Source of the DNA: Chthoniobacterales bacterium | GTDB lineage: Bacteria > Verrucomicrobiota > Verrucomicrobiia > Chthoniobacterales > JACTMZ01 | Direction: 5' to 3' | Assembly (NCBI GenBank): GCA_044359955.1 | Contig: JBIKLF010000005.1 | Coordinates: forward strand, 54,843-118,842 | Length of the DNA: 64,000 nt | Shown here: piece after piece, positions 1 through 9,664 of the stretch | How the letters are laid out: each line of letters begins with the position of its first letter | Numbering within the stretch: the first letter of the stretch is position 1 | Program-made: the position numbers and the translations under genes | The notes under the pieces: model-generated | What the model was told of the DNA's origin: nothing | The model's database searches: none | Seen by the model: the letters and a program-made list of their open reading frames with translations, nothing else

Positions 1-16
1 GAGTCCGCCGATCCCC

Positions 17-799
17 ATGAGATTCCTCCGCATCTGGCCCACCTGTAGCGGCGGCAGCCTGTCCGCCTGCGTGCGGATCCCCGCCGCCGGTCGTCTCCTC
101 CTGCTCGCCTACCTTCTGCTCCCGGCCTGCACGGGCGCCAAGCCTCCCGGCCCGGACACCAACGACCTCGCCGCGCAACGAGAAGTCATGGGGCGCGACC
201 AGATCGCCGCCCGCGGCATCACCGATCCCGCCACCCTCGAGGCCATGCGCACCGTGCCGCGCCACGATTTTCTCCCGCTTCGTCTGCGCAGCGAGGCCTA
301 CATGGACTACCCGCTTCCCATCGGCCACGGCCAAACCATCTCCCAACCCTACATCGTCGCCTTCATGACCGAAGCCATCCGTCCGCAACCCGGCGAAAAG
401 ATTTTGGAAATCGGCGCCGGCTCCGGCTACCAAGCCGCCATCCTCGCCGCCATGGGCGCCGAAGTTTATACCGTCGAAATCGTCGAACCCCTCGCCGCAA
501 TGGCGCGGCAAAATCTCGAGCGGCTCGGCTATGACAACGCTCAGGTCCGTTACGGCGACGGTCACAAGGGCTGGCCCGAAAAGGCGCCGTTCGACGCCAT
601 CGTTGTGACCTGCGCGCCGGACAAAATTCCACCCGCCCTCGTCGAGCAACTCCGCGACGGCGGACGCATGATCATCCCCGTAGGCAGCGGCCTGAACCAA
701 GACCTCATCCTCCTGCGCAAAGAGGGCGGGAAGATCGAAAAACAATCCATCCTCCCCGTCCGCTTCGTCCCCATGACCGGCGAAGCGCAGTCCTGGTAA
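17..799 (+). CDS. pcm: protein-L-isoaspartate O-methyltransferase
   Basis: 260-aa ORF with GQTISQPYIVAFMTEA and the SAM-binding LEIGAGSGYQAAILA motif typical of PCMT. The first ~57 aa are a hydrophobic signal/lipobox-like extension (LLLAYLLLPAC). An internal ATG at 188 would give a canonical ~203-aa enzyme. Confidence 0.85.
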   Translation: MRFLRIWPTCSGGSLSACVRIPAAGRLLLLAYLLLPACTGAKPPGPDTNDLAAQREVMGRDQIAARGITDPATLEAMRTVPRHDFLPLRLRSEAYMDYPLPIGHGQTISQPYIVAFMTEAIRPQPGEKILEIGAGSGYQAAILAAMGAEVYTVEIVEPLAAMARQNLERLGYDNAQVRYGDGHKGWPEKAPFDAIVVTCAPDKIPPALVEQLRDGGRMIIPVGSGLNQDLILLRKEGGKIEKQSILPVRFVPMTGEAQSW

Positions 800-807
800 A
801 AGTCGTT

Positions 808-916
808 GTAGCGGCGGTCAGCCGAGGCTTGGCGAGACGGGTCGCCGCGGCGACCAACTGATATGACCGCCGGAACATTTCCATTTGAGCCACCGGCGGA
901 CATAGTCCGCCGCTAC
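808..916. repeat. REPIN-like inverted doublet (GTAGCGGCGGT...CCGCCGCTAC), apparently interrupted by a second palindromic element at 819-861
   Basis: The arms match the 38307-38370 doublet (gtagcggcggt / tatgaccgccgg ... cggcggacatagtccgccgctac). The inserted 43 nt contain the perfect 14-nt palindrome gtcgccgcggcgac (841-854), also seen at 33217-33232. Lies between the convergent pcm and SMP-30 genes. Confidence 0.65.
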
Positions 917-926
917 AAACCGTCAA

Positions 927-1808
927 TCACCCTGCAAAAGCAAACCCCGCCATCCCCCGCACCCCGACCTTCGCCGCAAAAAGATTCCCCGCCTCCACCT
1001 CCGGCGAAGGCTCCGCATCTTCCCGCCCCTTCTGCGCCGTGGTGAAATAAAGCACGTCCAAGTCCGGTCCGCCGAAAGAAGGACACGTCACATTCGCCGC
1101 CGGACATTCAACCTTGGCCACCATCTCCCCCGTCGCCGGGTTCCACCGCGCCACCCCGTGCCCGGCCCACAACGCCGTCCACAAAAACCCCTCCGCATCC
1201 ACCGTCATCCCGTCCGGTCGCCCCATCGCTTTGTCCACTTCCACCACCAAACGACGGTTGCCAATGTCCCCGCTCCTCGCCTCGTAATCGAAAGCAAACA
1301 CGCACGACGTCTTGGTATCCGTCCAATAAAACCTCTTCTGGTCCGGTGACCAGCCCAGCCCGTTCGAATTCCCCACGCGGTCGATCAATTTCGCCCAGGT
1401 CAAATCCGGCTCGATCCGCCACAGCGCCGCTTTTTTGTCGGACCCATCATAAGCAATGGTCCCCGCGAACAGCCGCCCGCGCGGATCCGGCTTGCCATCA
1501 TTGAAACGATTCCCCACCACATTCGCTTCGGGGTCGCACAACAGCACAAATTTCCCGCTCTCGAAATCCATCCGCGCAATCCCGTCACGCGTCCCCAGCA
1601 CCAAGTCCCCCCGCGTCGTCGGTTGCACCAGCGAGACATGGCACGGCGTCTTCCGCACCTCGTCCTTCCCGGTCGCCGGATCGAACCGATGCACCTCGCA
1701 CCGCAAAATATCCACCCAATAAAGCCTTTGCTCCGCGGCGAACCAACACGCGCCCTCGCCCAATATGGCCCGCGCCGCGAGCACGCACTCCGCTACGAAT
1801 TCCTTCAC
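927..1808 (-). CDS. SMP-30/gluconolactonase/LRE family protein
   Basis: ORF 927..1868 with a beta-propeller motif pattern: LYWVDI, GNRFNDGKPDPRGRLFAGT, NGLGWSPD, FYWTDT, PDGMTVDAEGFLW. Start placed at GTG 1808, which forms a GTGA overlap with the upstream stop at 1805-1807. Confidence 0.85.
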   Translation of the reverse strand: MKEFVAECVLAARAILGEGACWFAAEQRLYWVDILRCEVHRFDPATGKDEVRKTPCHVSLVQPTTRGDLVLGTRDGIARMDFESGKFVLLCDPEANVVGNRFNDGKPDPRGRLFAGTIAYDGSDKKAALWRIEPDLTWAKLIDRVGNSNGLGWSPDQKRFYWTDTKTSCVFAFDYEARSGDIGNRRLVVEVDKAMGRPDGMTVDAEGFLWTALWAGHGVARWNPATGEMVAKVECPAANVTCPSFGGPDLDVLYFTTAQKGREDAEPSPEVEAGNLFAAKVGVRGMAGFAFAG

Positions 1809-3046
1809 GGTGCCCCCCCGCAAACCGTCCGATACAACTCCGCCGTTTTCCGCGCGATCGCCTCCCAACTGAAATTCTCCTCCACCCGCCGCCGCGCCTC
1901 TCGCGCCATGGACCGCCGCCGCACCTCGTCGCGCATCAACTCGTTGATCGCCTCGGCCAGATTGAAGGCAAAACTGTCCGCGCTGACCGGCTCAAACGGC
2001 GCCTCCTTGCTCTGCTCGACCGGCACCAGCAGCCCCGTCTCGCCATGCACCACCACCTCGGGAATCCCGCCCACCGCACTGGCCACCACCGGTGTCCCGC
2101 AGGCCATCGCTTCGAGATTGATGATCCCGAAGGGCTCGTAAATCGACGGACAGACAAACACCTCCGCGCCCGAATACAGCGCGATGACTTCATCCTTCGG
2201 CAGCATCTCCTCGATCCAGACCACGCCCGGACGCTCCTGCTGCGCGGCTTGCACCGCCGACTTCATTTCCGCCGCGATCTCCGGCGTGTCCGGCGCACCG
2301 GCGCAGAGCACCACTTGGAAACCCGGGTCCAAATGCCGCAACGCTCTGACCAGATGAATAATTCCCTTCTGCCGCGTGATCCGCCCGACAAACAAAATAT
2401 ACGGCCGCGCCGGGTCGACCCCGTGACGCTGCAACACTTCGTCGTCCCGCCGCTCCACGTATTCCTCGAGGTCGATGCCGTTGTGAATGACATGCACGCG
2501 CGCCGGATCGACGCGAAACAACCGCAGCAGGTCGGCCTTGGTCGACTCGCTCACCGCAACCACCGCATCAGCCATCTCGATCGCGGTCTTTTCCACCCAC
2601 ACGGAAAAATCATACCCGCCGCCGAGCTGCTCGCGCTTCCACGGACGCAGCGGCTCCAGCGAATGCACCGTCAGCACCAGCGGCCGGCCGTAATTTAACT
2701 TCATCAAGACCCCCGCAAAATGGGTATACCAAGTGTGCACGTGCACGAGATCGGCATCCGTCCCCGCCGCCGCCATGGCCGTGTCCCGCTGCACGGAAGT
2801 AAACACCGGACGCAGCGCCTTCGCGCAACCGTAGCCCGACGAATCCACCTCGACCCCGCGCACCGTCAGATTCCCGTCGCTCCAATGCTGTTCCCCGAAG
2901 CACCGCACCTCCACCTCCATCAACCGGGCCAAAGCCCGCGACAAATAATCCACATGCACCCCGGCCCCGCCATACACATGCGGCGGATACTCATTGGTCA
3001 GCAACAGCACTTTCACAAAAAAAAGCCTACGCCACCCCGCCCGCAT
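1805..3046 (-). CDS. GT4 glycosyltransferase, glycogen-synthase-like (actinobacterial GlgA type)
   Basis: N-terminus LLLTNEYPPHVYGGAGVHVDYL and GT-B C-terminal region EPFGIINLEAMACGTPVVASAVGGIPEVV. First ATG is at 3046; the ORF track starts at TTG 3058, and GTG 3016 is also possible. Confidence 0.8.
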   Translation of the reverse strand: MRAGWRRLFFVKVLLLTNEYPPHVYGGAGVHVDYLSRALARLMEVEVRCFGEQHWSDGNLTVRGVEVDSSGYGCAKALRPVFTSVQRDTAMAAAGTDADLVHVHTWYTHFAGVLMKLNYGRPLVLTVHSLEPLRPWKREQLGGGYDFSVWVEKTAIEMADAVVAVSESTKADLLRLFRVDPARVHVIHNGIDLEEYVERRDDEVLQRHGVDPARPYILFVGRITRQKGIIHLVRALRHLDPGFQVVLCAGAPDTPEIAAEMKSAVQAAQQERPGVVWIEEMLPKDEVIALYSGAEVFVCPSIYEPFGIINLEAMACGTPVVASAVGGIPEVVVHGETGLLVPVEQSKEAPFEPVSADSFAFNLAEAINELMRDEVRRRSMAREARRRVEENFSWEAIARKTAELYRTVCGGAP

Positions 3047-3049
3047 CTG

Positions 3050-3068
3050 AAATTTCAAATTTCAAATC
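3050..3068. repeat. 2.6 tandem copies of the heptamer AAATTTC just upstream of the GT4 start
   Basis: aaatttc aaatttc aaatc read directly. It is an AT-rich patch in the divergent GT4/dprA intergenic region. Confidence 0.5.
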
Positions 3069-3169
3069 CCCATCACCGCCCTCGATTCCACCCGTGCCCT
3101 CTTCCCCTGAAAACAGAACACTGAAATCTCTCCCCTCCCTCGCCCGCCCCTGTTTAGCATGTCGCCCCC

Positions 3170-4261
3170 ATGACCCACCTCGAGGCCTGCGTCGCGCTGA
3201 ACATGATCCCGCAAATGGGACCCGTCCGCCTGCGCCGCCTCCTCGACGCCTTCGGCTCCGCCGAGAAAATCCTCCTCGCCCGCACCGACCAGCTCGCCGC
3301 CATCGATGGCATCACGCGCCCGCTCTCCGAAAACATCGCGCGCTGGCAAGACCACGCCGACCCGGCCGCCGAATTGAAAAAAGCCGCCGACCTCGGCGCC
3401 CACATCATCACCGCGCAGGACGACGAATATCCGTCCGCCCTTCGCGAGATCCACGACCCGCCCATTGTGCTCTACGTCCGCGGCGAAATCACCGAACGCG
3501 ACCGCCACGCCGTCGCCGTCGTCGGTTCCCGCAAAGCCAGCCACTACGCCACCGAATGCGCCAAAAAGCTTTCCTTCCAGATGGCTTACGCCGGACTCAC
3601 CGTTATTAGCGGCCTCGCCCGCGGCATCGACACCGCCGCCCACCAAGGTGCCCTCGCCGCCAAAGGCCGCACCCTCGCCGTCATCGGCGCCGGCCTCGGC
3701 GAACTCTACCCTCCGGAAAACGCCCAACTCGCCGATCGCATCGCCACCTCCGGCGCCGTCCTCTCGGAATTCCCCATCGACACCAAACCGGACCGCCAAA
3801 CCTTCCCCATCCGCAACCGCATCGTCACCGGTTGCTCGTTCGGCGTCCTCGTCGTCGAAGCCGGCGCCAACAGCGGCGCCCTGATCAGCGCCAACATGGC
3901 CGCCGAACAGGGCCGCACCCTCTACGCCGTGCCCGGACGCATCGACAGCCCCGCCGCCCTCGGCTCCAACCGCCTCCTCCAACAAGGCGCCAAACTCGTC
4001 ATCACCGTCGACGACATCCTCGACGACCTGCCCATGATTTTCAAAGAGCAGCCCGAACTCCCCGCCGCCGCCCCCGTGGCCGAACTCACCCCCGACCAGC
4101 AAAAAATCCTCGACGCGCTCGGCTCCGACGAGACCGCGCTTGATTCTGTTATCGCGACAAGCGGGTTGACAGCCGCCGCCGTGTCTTCCACGTTGCTCGC
4201 CCTCGAAATGCGCCGGTTGGTCAAACAACTGCCGGGCAAACGCTTCGTCAAACTCGTCTGA
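3170..4261 (+). CDS. dprA: DNA-processing protein DprA
   Basis: 363-aa ORF with the Rossmann-like DprA core (VAVVGSRKAS, GLARGIDTAAHQGAL, FPIRNRIVTG) and a C-terminal winged-helix-like tail. Confidence 0.9.
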   Translation: MTHLEACVALNMIPQMGPVRLRRLLDAFGSAEKILLARTDQLAAIDGITRPLSENIARWQDHADPAAELKKAADLGAHIITAQDDEYPSALREIHDPPIVLYVRGEITERDRHAVAVVGSRKASHYATECAKKLSFQMAYAGLTVISGLARGIDTAAHQGALAAKGRTLAVIGAGLGELYPPENAQLADRIATSGAVLSEFPIDTKPDRQTFPIRNRIVTGCSFGVLVVEAGANSGALISANMAAEQGRTLYAVPGRIDSPAALGSNRLLQQGAKLVITVDDILDDLPMIFKEQPELPAAAPVAELTPDQQKILDALGSDETALDSVIATSGLTAAAVSSTLLALEMRRLVKQLPGKRFVKLV

Positions 4262-4263
4262 AG

Positions 4264-6780
4264 ATGTCCAAAACCCTCGTCATTGCGGAAAAACCCAGTG
4301 TCGCCGGCGACCTCGCCCGCGCCCTCGGGAAATTCAAAAAAGAAAAAGGCTACTACGAAGGCGACACCATGGTGATCTCGCACACCGTGGGCCACCTTCT
4401 CGAAATCCAGGAGCCCGACAGCTTCAAAGTCGTCCGCGGCAAATGGTCACTCGAAAATCTCCCCGTCCTCCCCACCCACTTCGACCTCATCCCCCGCGAA
4501 AAAGCCCAGGACCAACTCCGCATCCTGAAAAAACTCCTCGCCCGCAAAGACGTCAGCGAAGTGGTCAATGCCTGCGACGCCGGCCGCGAAGGCGAACTCA
4601 TCTTCCGCTACGTCGCCCAGCACTTCAAAAACGAGAAACCGGTCAAACGTCTCTGGCTGCAGTCCATGACCGCCGACGCCATCCGCCAAGGCTTCGCCAC
4701 CCTGCGAGACGACGCCGAAATGATCCCGCTCGGCGAAGCCGCCACCTGCCGCTCCGAAAGCGACTGGCTCGTCGGCATCAATGGCTCGCGAGCCATGACC
4801 GCCTTCTATAAGGAACTCCTCGGCGGCTTCCAAGTCACCCCGGTCGGACGCGTCCAGACCCCGACCCTCGCCATCCTCGTCGAGCGCGAAGAAAAAATCC
4901 GCAACTTCAAAGCCCGCTCCTACTTCGAAATCCACGGCACCTTCGCCGTCGCCGCCGGCACCTACCCCGGCAAATGGTTCGATGAGGATTTCAAAAAGTC
5001 CGACGACGAGGACACCAAATCCGAGCGCCTCTGGGACCGCGTCCGAGCCGACGAAATCCAAGCCAAGTGCCAAGGCAAGACCGGCACGGTGCACGAAGAA
5101 CGCAAACCGACCACCCAAGCCCCGCCCCTCCTCTACGATCTCACCACCCTCCAACGCGAAGCCAACGGACGCTTCGGCTTCAGCGCCAAACGCACCCTGC
5201 AACTCGCCCAATCCCTCTACGAACGCCACAAAGTCCTCACCTACCCCCGCACGGACTCACGCTACCTGCCGTCCGACAACCTCCCCATCGCCAAAAAGGT
5301 CCTCGCCGGCCTCGACGAACCCCTCGCCACCCACGCCCGCAAAGCCCTGGCCAACGACTGGGTCAAACCGACCCCGCGCATCTTCAACAACGCCAAAGTC
5401 AGCGACCACCACGCCATCATCCCGACCGGGGCCAGCCCGGACAAACTCGACGAATACGAAATGAAGCTCTACGACCTCGTGGCGCGCCGCTTCATCGCCG
5501 TCTTCTACCCGCCCGCCAAATTCGAGGTGACCAAACGCATCACCACCATCGAAGGCGAAAAATTCAAAACCGACGGGAAAATTCTCCGCGAACCCGGCTG
5601 GCTCGAAGTCTACGGCAAACTCGCCGCCGGCGAGGACGACGACTCGCTCGTCCCCGTCAAAGAAGGGGAACCGGCCGCGGCCGAGTCCATCGAGGTCAAG
5701 GAACTCGAGACCAAACCACCCGCCCGCTACAACGAAGCGACCCTCCTCTCCGCCATGGAAGGCGCCGGCAAGCTGATCGAAGACGAGGAACTGCGCGAAG
5801 CCATGAGCCAACGCGGACTCGGCACGCCCGCCACCCGCGCCGCCATCATCGAAGGGCTGCTCACCCAGGAATACATCCGCCGCGAAGGCCGCGAACTCGC
5901 CGCCTCCGCCAAAGGCATGAAACTCATCACCGCCCTGCGGGAAATCAAAATCGACGCCCTCAGCTCGCCCGAACTGACCGGCGAGTGGGAACACAAGCTG
6001 AAGGAAATGGAGGCCGGACGCTTCAAGCGCGACGCTTTCATGGAGGAAATCCGCACCCTTGTGGCCAACGTCATCGCAAAAATCAAAGACGCCTCCGGCC
6101 ACGTCAACAGCGAGACCATGCGCGGCAACTTCCACGACCTCCCCACCAAGTGCCCGAGGTGCGGCAGCACCGCCGGCTTCAAGGAATCCTTCAAGGCCTA
6201 CGACTGCAAAAACCAGGAGTGCAAACTCGTCGTCTGGAAAACCGTCAGCAGCCGCGAACTCGAACCCACCGAAGTCACCACCCTGCTCGAAACCGGCAGC
6301 GTCGGACCGATCAAAGGCTTCAAAAGCAAAATGGGCCGCCCGTTCGAAGCCAAACTCGCCCTCAGCGAAGGCACCGAATGGAAAACCACCTTCGACTTCG
6401 GTGACGGCGGCATCCGCAGCAACGAACCCTTCAACAAGGAAGCCGCCACCCTCATCGTCGAAAAATGCCCCGTCTGCGAAAAAGGCGGCATCTATGAGGC
6501 CGGCATCGTCTACGCCTGCGAGCACGGACTCGGACCCGAGAAAAAATGCGCCTTCCGCATGGGCAAGATGATCCTCCAGCGCGAGATCAGCCCGGACGAC
6601 GTCCGCAAAATTTGCACCGAAGGAAAAACCAATCTCCTGACGAAGTTCATTTCGAAAAAAGGCCGCCCCTTCAACGCCTTCCTCGTCCTCGACAAAAAGT
6701 CCGGCAAAGTTGGCTTCGAGTTCGAAGAACGCAAACCCAAGGCCCCGAAAAAAGCCGCCGCCAAGGCCGCCGCCGCCTGA
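4264..6780 (+). CDS. topB: type IA DNA topoisomerase, topoisomerase III-like, with C-terminal zinc ribbons and GRPF repeats
   Basis: N-terminal Toprim LVIAEKPSVAGDLARAL (IAEKPS is the Topo III style) and active-site region LTYPRTDSRYLP. The C-terminus has CPRCGS...C..C and CPVCEKGG..C motifs plus two KKGRPF repeats. Starts 3 nt after the dprA stop. Confidence 0.85.
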   Translation: MSKTLVIAEKPSVAGDLARALGKFKKEKGYYEGDTMVISHTVGHLLEIQEPDSFKVVRGKWSLENLPVLPTHFDLIPREKAQDQLRILKKLLARKDVSEVVNACDAGREGELIFRYVAQHFKNEKPVKRLWLQSMTADAIRQGFATLRDDAEMIPLGEAATCRSESDWLVGINGSRAMTAFYKELLGGFQVTPVGRVQTPTLAILVEREEKIRNFKARSYFEIHGTFAVAAGTYPGKWFDEDFKKSDDEDTKSERLWDRVRADEIQAKCQGKTGTVHEERKPTTQAPPLLYDLTTLQREANGRFGFSAKRTLQLAQSLYERHKVLTYPRTDSRYLPSDNLPIAKKVLAGLDEPLATHARKALANDWVKPTPRIFNNAKVSDHHAIIPTGASPDKLDEYEMKLYDLVARRFIAVFYPPAKFEVTKRITTIEGEKFKTDGKILREPGWLEVYGKLAAGEDDDSLVPVKEGEPAAAESIEVKELETKPPARYNEATLLSAMEGAGKLIEDEELREAMSQRGLGTPATRAAIIEGLLTQEYIRREGRELAASAKGMKLITALREIKIDALSSPELTGEWEHKLKEMEAGRFKRDAFMEEIRTLVANVIAKIKDASGHVNSETMRGNFHDLPTKCPRCGSTAGFKESFKAYDCKNQECKLVVWKTVSSRELEPTEVTTLLETGSVGPIKGFKSKMGRPFEAKLALSEGTEWKTTFDFGDGGIRSNEPFNKEAATLIVEKCPVCEKGGIYEAGIVYACEHGLGPEKKCAFRMGKMILQREISPDDVRKICTEGKTNLLTKFISKKGRPFNAFLVLDKKSGKVGFEFEERKPKAPKKAAAKAAAA

Positions 6781-6808
6781 AAAAGCAGAAGCGGCGTCCC
6801 CGCCGCTT
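6778..6808 (-). terminator. candidate intrinsic terminator for the minus-strand sugar operon
   Basis: Perfect 8-bp stem aagcggcg/cgccgctt with loop tccc (6789-6808). On the minus strand it is followed by ctgcttttt (a T5 run). Confidence 0.4.
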
Positions 6809-6940
6809 AACCACCATCAACCAGCGGACGGGAGGCCGCGTCTACTTTCCAGCGAGCGACTTCCAGGCTTCTGCGCCCACCGCGAACCACTCTCATCCCG
6901 CTGCACCCTCGTGGCGCGTGACGCTGCGCTTGCTTCGGGG

Positions 6941-7909
6941 TCACACCTCCCGCCAATCGAAGAGCACGGTCGGGGCGGGGCAGGTTTGCCGGGCCAGAGC
7001 GTCATAAGCCTCCCCCGCCCGGGCCGGGGAGTAATGCGCGGCGAGCGGGCGCACTTGGAGGACACCCTCGGCAATCCAACGCATGGCCTCCTCGTGGTTC
7101 TCTTTGATCGAGTGGAACGCAAAAGGCGCCGGTCCGCGAGAAATCTCCCACTCCCAACCGCTGCGCAGGACAATGTATCGGTGGAACACCGCATGGAGCA
7201 AATCGCAGGCCGCCAGATCGGTCTTCTTCTGCCATGGCACGCCGACCAGAACCACTTCGCCTTTTCGGCGAACCAGCTTGCAGCCATCCAGCACAGCCTG
7301 CTCGTGTCCGCTGCACTCGACATGCAGGGCGACTTGATCGAGCAGGTCGGCGGGCGCATCGGCGATCGATGCCCGGACATCATGTATTCCCGTTTGGTGG
7401 GCCAGCGCGCGCCGCGACTCGACCGGGTCCACCCCGGTGACCCGGTAGCCGCAGTGCTGGAAAATTTGAGCCGCCAGATTTCCGACCGGCCCGAGTCCCG
7501 TAATGAGAACCTTGGCGGGTGTGCGCGCGGCGGCCGTGTTCAACGTGGTCATGCTGACTCCGGCGAGGCGGGCAAAGGCGGCATCCGCCGCATCCAGTCC
7601 CTCTGGAAGCGCCGACACACTTGCGGCGGACAGGCTCTGCCTTTCGGCATGTCCGCCGCTGCAGAAGACAAGGTTTCCGACACGGAGGCCCTCGACTTCC
7701 GGGCCGACCTCTTCAATTTCAAACACGCACGCATAGCCCACACCCGCGGGGAACTTCGTGCCCTGATAGGCAGCGTTGAGCTCCGTGCCGGGGCTGACGA
7801 GTGAAAACAAAGTTTTTCCGTGAACCCATCCCGGCGCGACCGGGCGAGGCAGGTTGGGGACATCGGCCAGTTCCGCCCGGCCGGGAGCAGTGAATTGAAT
7901 TTGTCGCAT
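6941..7909 (-). CDS. medium-chain dehydrogenase/reductase (alcohol dehydrogenase-like) family oxidoreductase
   Basis: Rossmann motif ITGLGPVGNLAAQIFQHCGYRVTGVD in a ~320-aa protein. Start placed at ATG 7909 (MRQIQFTAPG), 16 nt downstream of the preceding gene. Confidence 0.75.
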   Translation of the reverse strand: MRQIQFTAPGRAELADVPNLPRPVAPGWVHGKTLFSLVSPGTELNAAYQGTKFPAGVGYACVFEIEEVGPEVEGLRVGNLVFCSGGHAERQSLSAASVSALPEGLDAADAAFARLAGVSMTTLNTAAARTPAKVLITGLGPVGNLAAQIFQHCGYRVTGVDPVESRRALAHQTGIHDVRASIADAPADLLDQVALHVECSGHEQAVLDGCKLVRRKGEVVLVGVPWQKKTDLAACDLLHAVFHRYIVLRSGWEWEISRGPAPFAFHSIKENHEEAMRWIAEGVLQVRPLAAHYSPARAGEAYDALARQTCPAPTVLFDWREV

Positions 7910-7925
7910 GGCTCGTGGATTTCTG

Positions 7926-8774
7926 TCAGGAAACTGATTCGGGGCTCCAGGAACGCGGCACGGGCAACGGACCGGGATCTTGTCCGTCAAGCTTCGCCGC
8001 CAGCCAAGCCAAGCCTTCCAGGTTGTCCCGCAGCCTCAACTCGGCATCTTCGTCGGTGGTGTGGTTGAGGATCCCCACCGGACCGCTCCAACCGCTCTGC
8101 GACAACATCCGCAGGATATCCAAGTCCCGCTCGCCCCGGGCGAGCGGAAGCAACTTCTTCCCCTGCCGGTCCCCTCCCTCGACCATGCCGTTCAAATTGA
8201 AAGCCAGCAAATGCGGCTTCATCAGATCGATCAGCTCCTGCATCCGTCCCAAATGGGCGTGCCCATGGTGCAGGTTGTAAACAATCCCGGTGTTGGTGAG
8301 CCCCCGTGACTGGATCTCCCCGATCAACCGGAGCTGATTTTCAGGCTCACCGAACCATCCGCCGTGGTTGTAGAAAGCCACGCGCAGGCCTCGCTCTGCC
8401 GCGGCCTCGACGAGAGGCAGGAGGACGTCCAGAACGGACTCCGCCACCGTCGGATCCTCGGGCGAGACATGGAATGTCACCCACAAGTCGGGCCGGATGC
8501 CGTGCCGTTCGATCACCTCGAGGATCTTTCGGCCCTGCGCGTTGAGGTTCGCGGGAAACCACCACGCATTGATCGTTAGCCCGGCATCCCGAGCCGCCTC
8601 CACCTCCTCGTCGAAAGTGGGAACATGCTCGTCCCTCCAGTCGTAAGCGTAGCGGGTCAGACCCAGCCGGCGGAGCATGGCCGCGCGGGCGGCGGGGCCG
8701 CGCTTCAACTTGTCAAAAGGCACGAAGCACCAAGCGTGCAGGTTTTCTTTATGGAAGAGAGATGCATTGTTCAT
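7926..8774 (-). CDS. sugar phosphate isomerase/epimerase (xylose isomerase-like TIM barrel)
   Basis: Motifs VAFYNHGGWFGEP, NLHHGHAHL and LLAFNLNGM typical of AP endonuclease 2/xylose-isomerase-like TIM barrels. ATG at 8774; the ORF track starts at TTG 8792. Confidence 0.8.
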   Translation of the reverse strand: MNNASLFHKENLHAWCFVPFDKLKRGPAARAAMLRRLGLTRYAYDWRDEHVPTFDEEVEAARDAGLTINAWWFPANLNAQGRKILEVIERHGIRPDLWVTFHVSPEDPTVAESVLDVLLPLVEAAAERGLRVAFYNHGGWFGEPENQLRLIGEIQSRGLTNTGIVYNLHHGHAHLGRMQELIDLMKPHLLAFNLNGMVEGGDRQGKKLLPLARGERDLDILRMLSQSGWSGPVGILNHTTDEDAELRLRDNLEGLAWLAAKLDGQDPGPLPVPRSWSPESVS

Positions 8775-8800
8775 CGCGAACACTGTTGCCAAGTTGACTG

Positions 8801-9664
8801 ATGCGGACCATGGATATGGCTCCCGACAATATGTCTATTTCTCCGATCTGGTCCCTGTCCCCGTTTGCGCTGCAGCTGGATTATTTTCACCCGGGCCGGA
8901 TGAACCGCCCGACACACGGAGCGGTGCACCACAAAACCGTTCCGGACACCATCTTGGCGCAGGTCTTGGAGGGCAGCTACGAGGTCGTTTGCGACGGGCA
9001 GGAGGAACTTCTGCAGGCAGGGGAGGTCTTTGTGGTCCCCGCGCGGCACCCGGTCACTATCACCCATCATGACAGCCGGGCCGGACGCTTCCGCGCCCGC
9101 TGGATCCACATGCGGTTTTCGTGGATGGGAGTGTTCGATTATTTGCAGAGCTTCTCCCTGCCGCTGGCCGTGCGGGGACCCGCCGCGGCCCGGCTCGGGC
9201 ACTGCATGGGCCGGGCGTTGCACTTGCACGCCGAGCCGGCAGCCCATCAGGCGCCGCTCGCCCTCCAAATCCAGACCATGGCGATCCGCACCTTGAAAAT
9301 CCTCTGCGAAGTGTCGCCACTGCGGGAGGCGCCGCCGCAGGACGATCCCCGCTGGCGGCGTTTGCGCCCGGTTTTGCAATGGATCGGCGACCATCCGGAG
9401 GCCGCCCACGGAGTCCCCGCCCTGGCCGCACGCGCGAGCCTTTCGCCTTCCCGGTTCTATGAGCTTTTCAAGTCGGCCATGGGCCTTTCTCCCATGCAGC
9501 ATGTGTGGAAGATCCGCCTGGAGGGCGCCGCCCGCCTGCTGCTCTCCAAACGCCTCCTCGCCCTCGGAAAACCCAAAAAGCTCGCACTCACCGTCCTCAT
9601 GCGAAAACTCATCCTCCTCGCCAACCGTCTCCTAAAAAATCCCAACTTTTCTCTCGCAAGTTAA
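8801..9664 (+). pseudogene. AraC-family regulator truncated after the first HTH and fused to an IS110-type transposase C-terminal remnant
   Basis: Cupin-like N-terminus, then LAARASLSPSRFYELFKSAMGLSPMQHVWKIRLEGAARLLL (first AraC HTH). The expected second HTH is replaced by LALGKPKKLALTVLMRKLILLANRLLKNP. Confidence 0.6.
9548..9664 (+). mobile_element. IS110-family transposase 3' fragment (about 38 codons)
   Basis: KRLLALGKPKKLALTVLMRKLILLANRLLKNPNFSLAS resembles the conserved C-terminal end of IS110/IS1111 transposases (GKPKKVAL..MRKLL..LNA.L). No N-terminal DEDD domain is present. Confidence 0.55.

Noticed and set aside
3062-4228. Long antisense or out-of-frame ORFs opposite well-supported genes. 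Examples: 3062..4228, 5257..6525, 13736..15250, 16216..17577, 17574..18845, 19023..20438, 47294..49438, 53431..55407.
   Set aside because: Their translations are Gly/Ala/Arg/Glu/Val-rich with no recognisable motifs. They mirror strongly supported genes on the other strand, which is the typical open-frame artefact of high-GC DNA.
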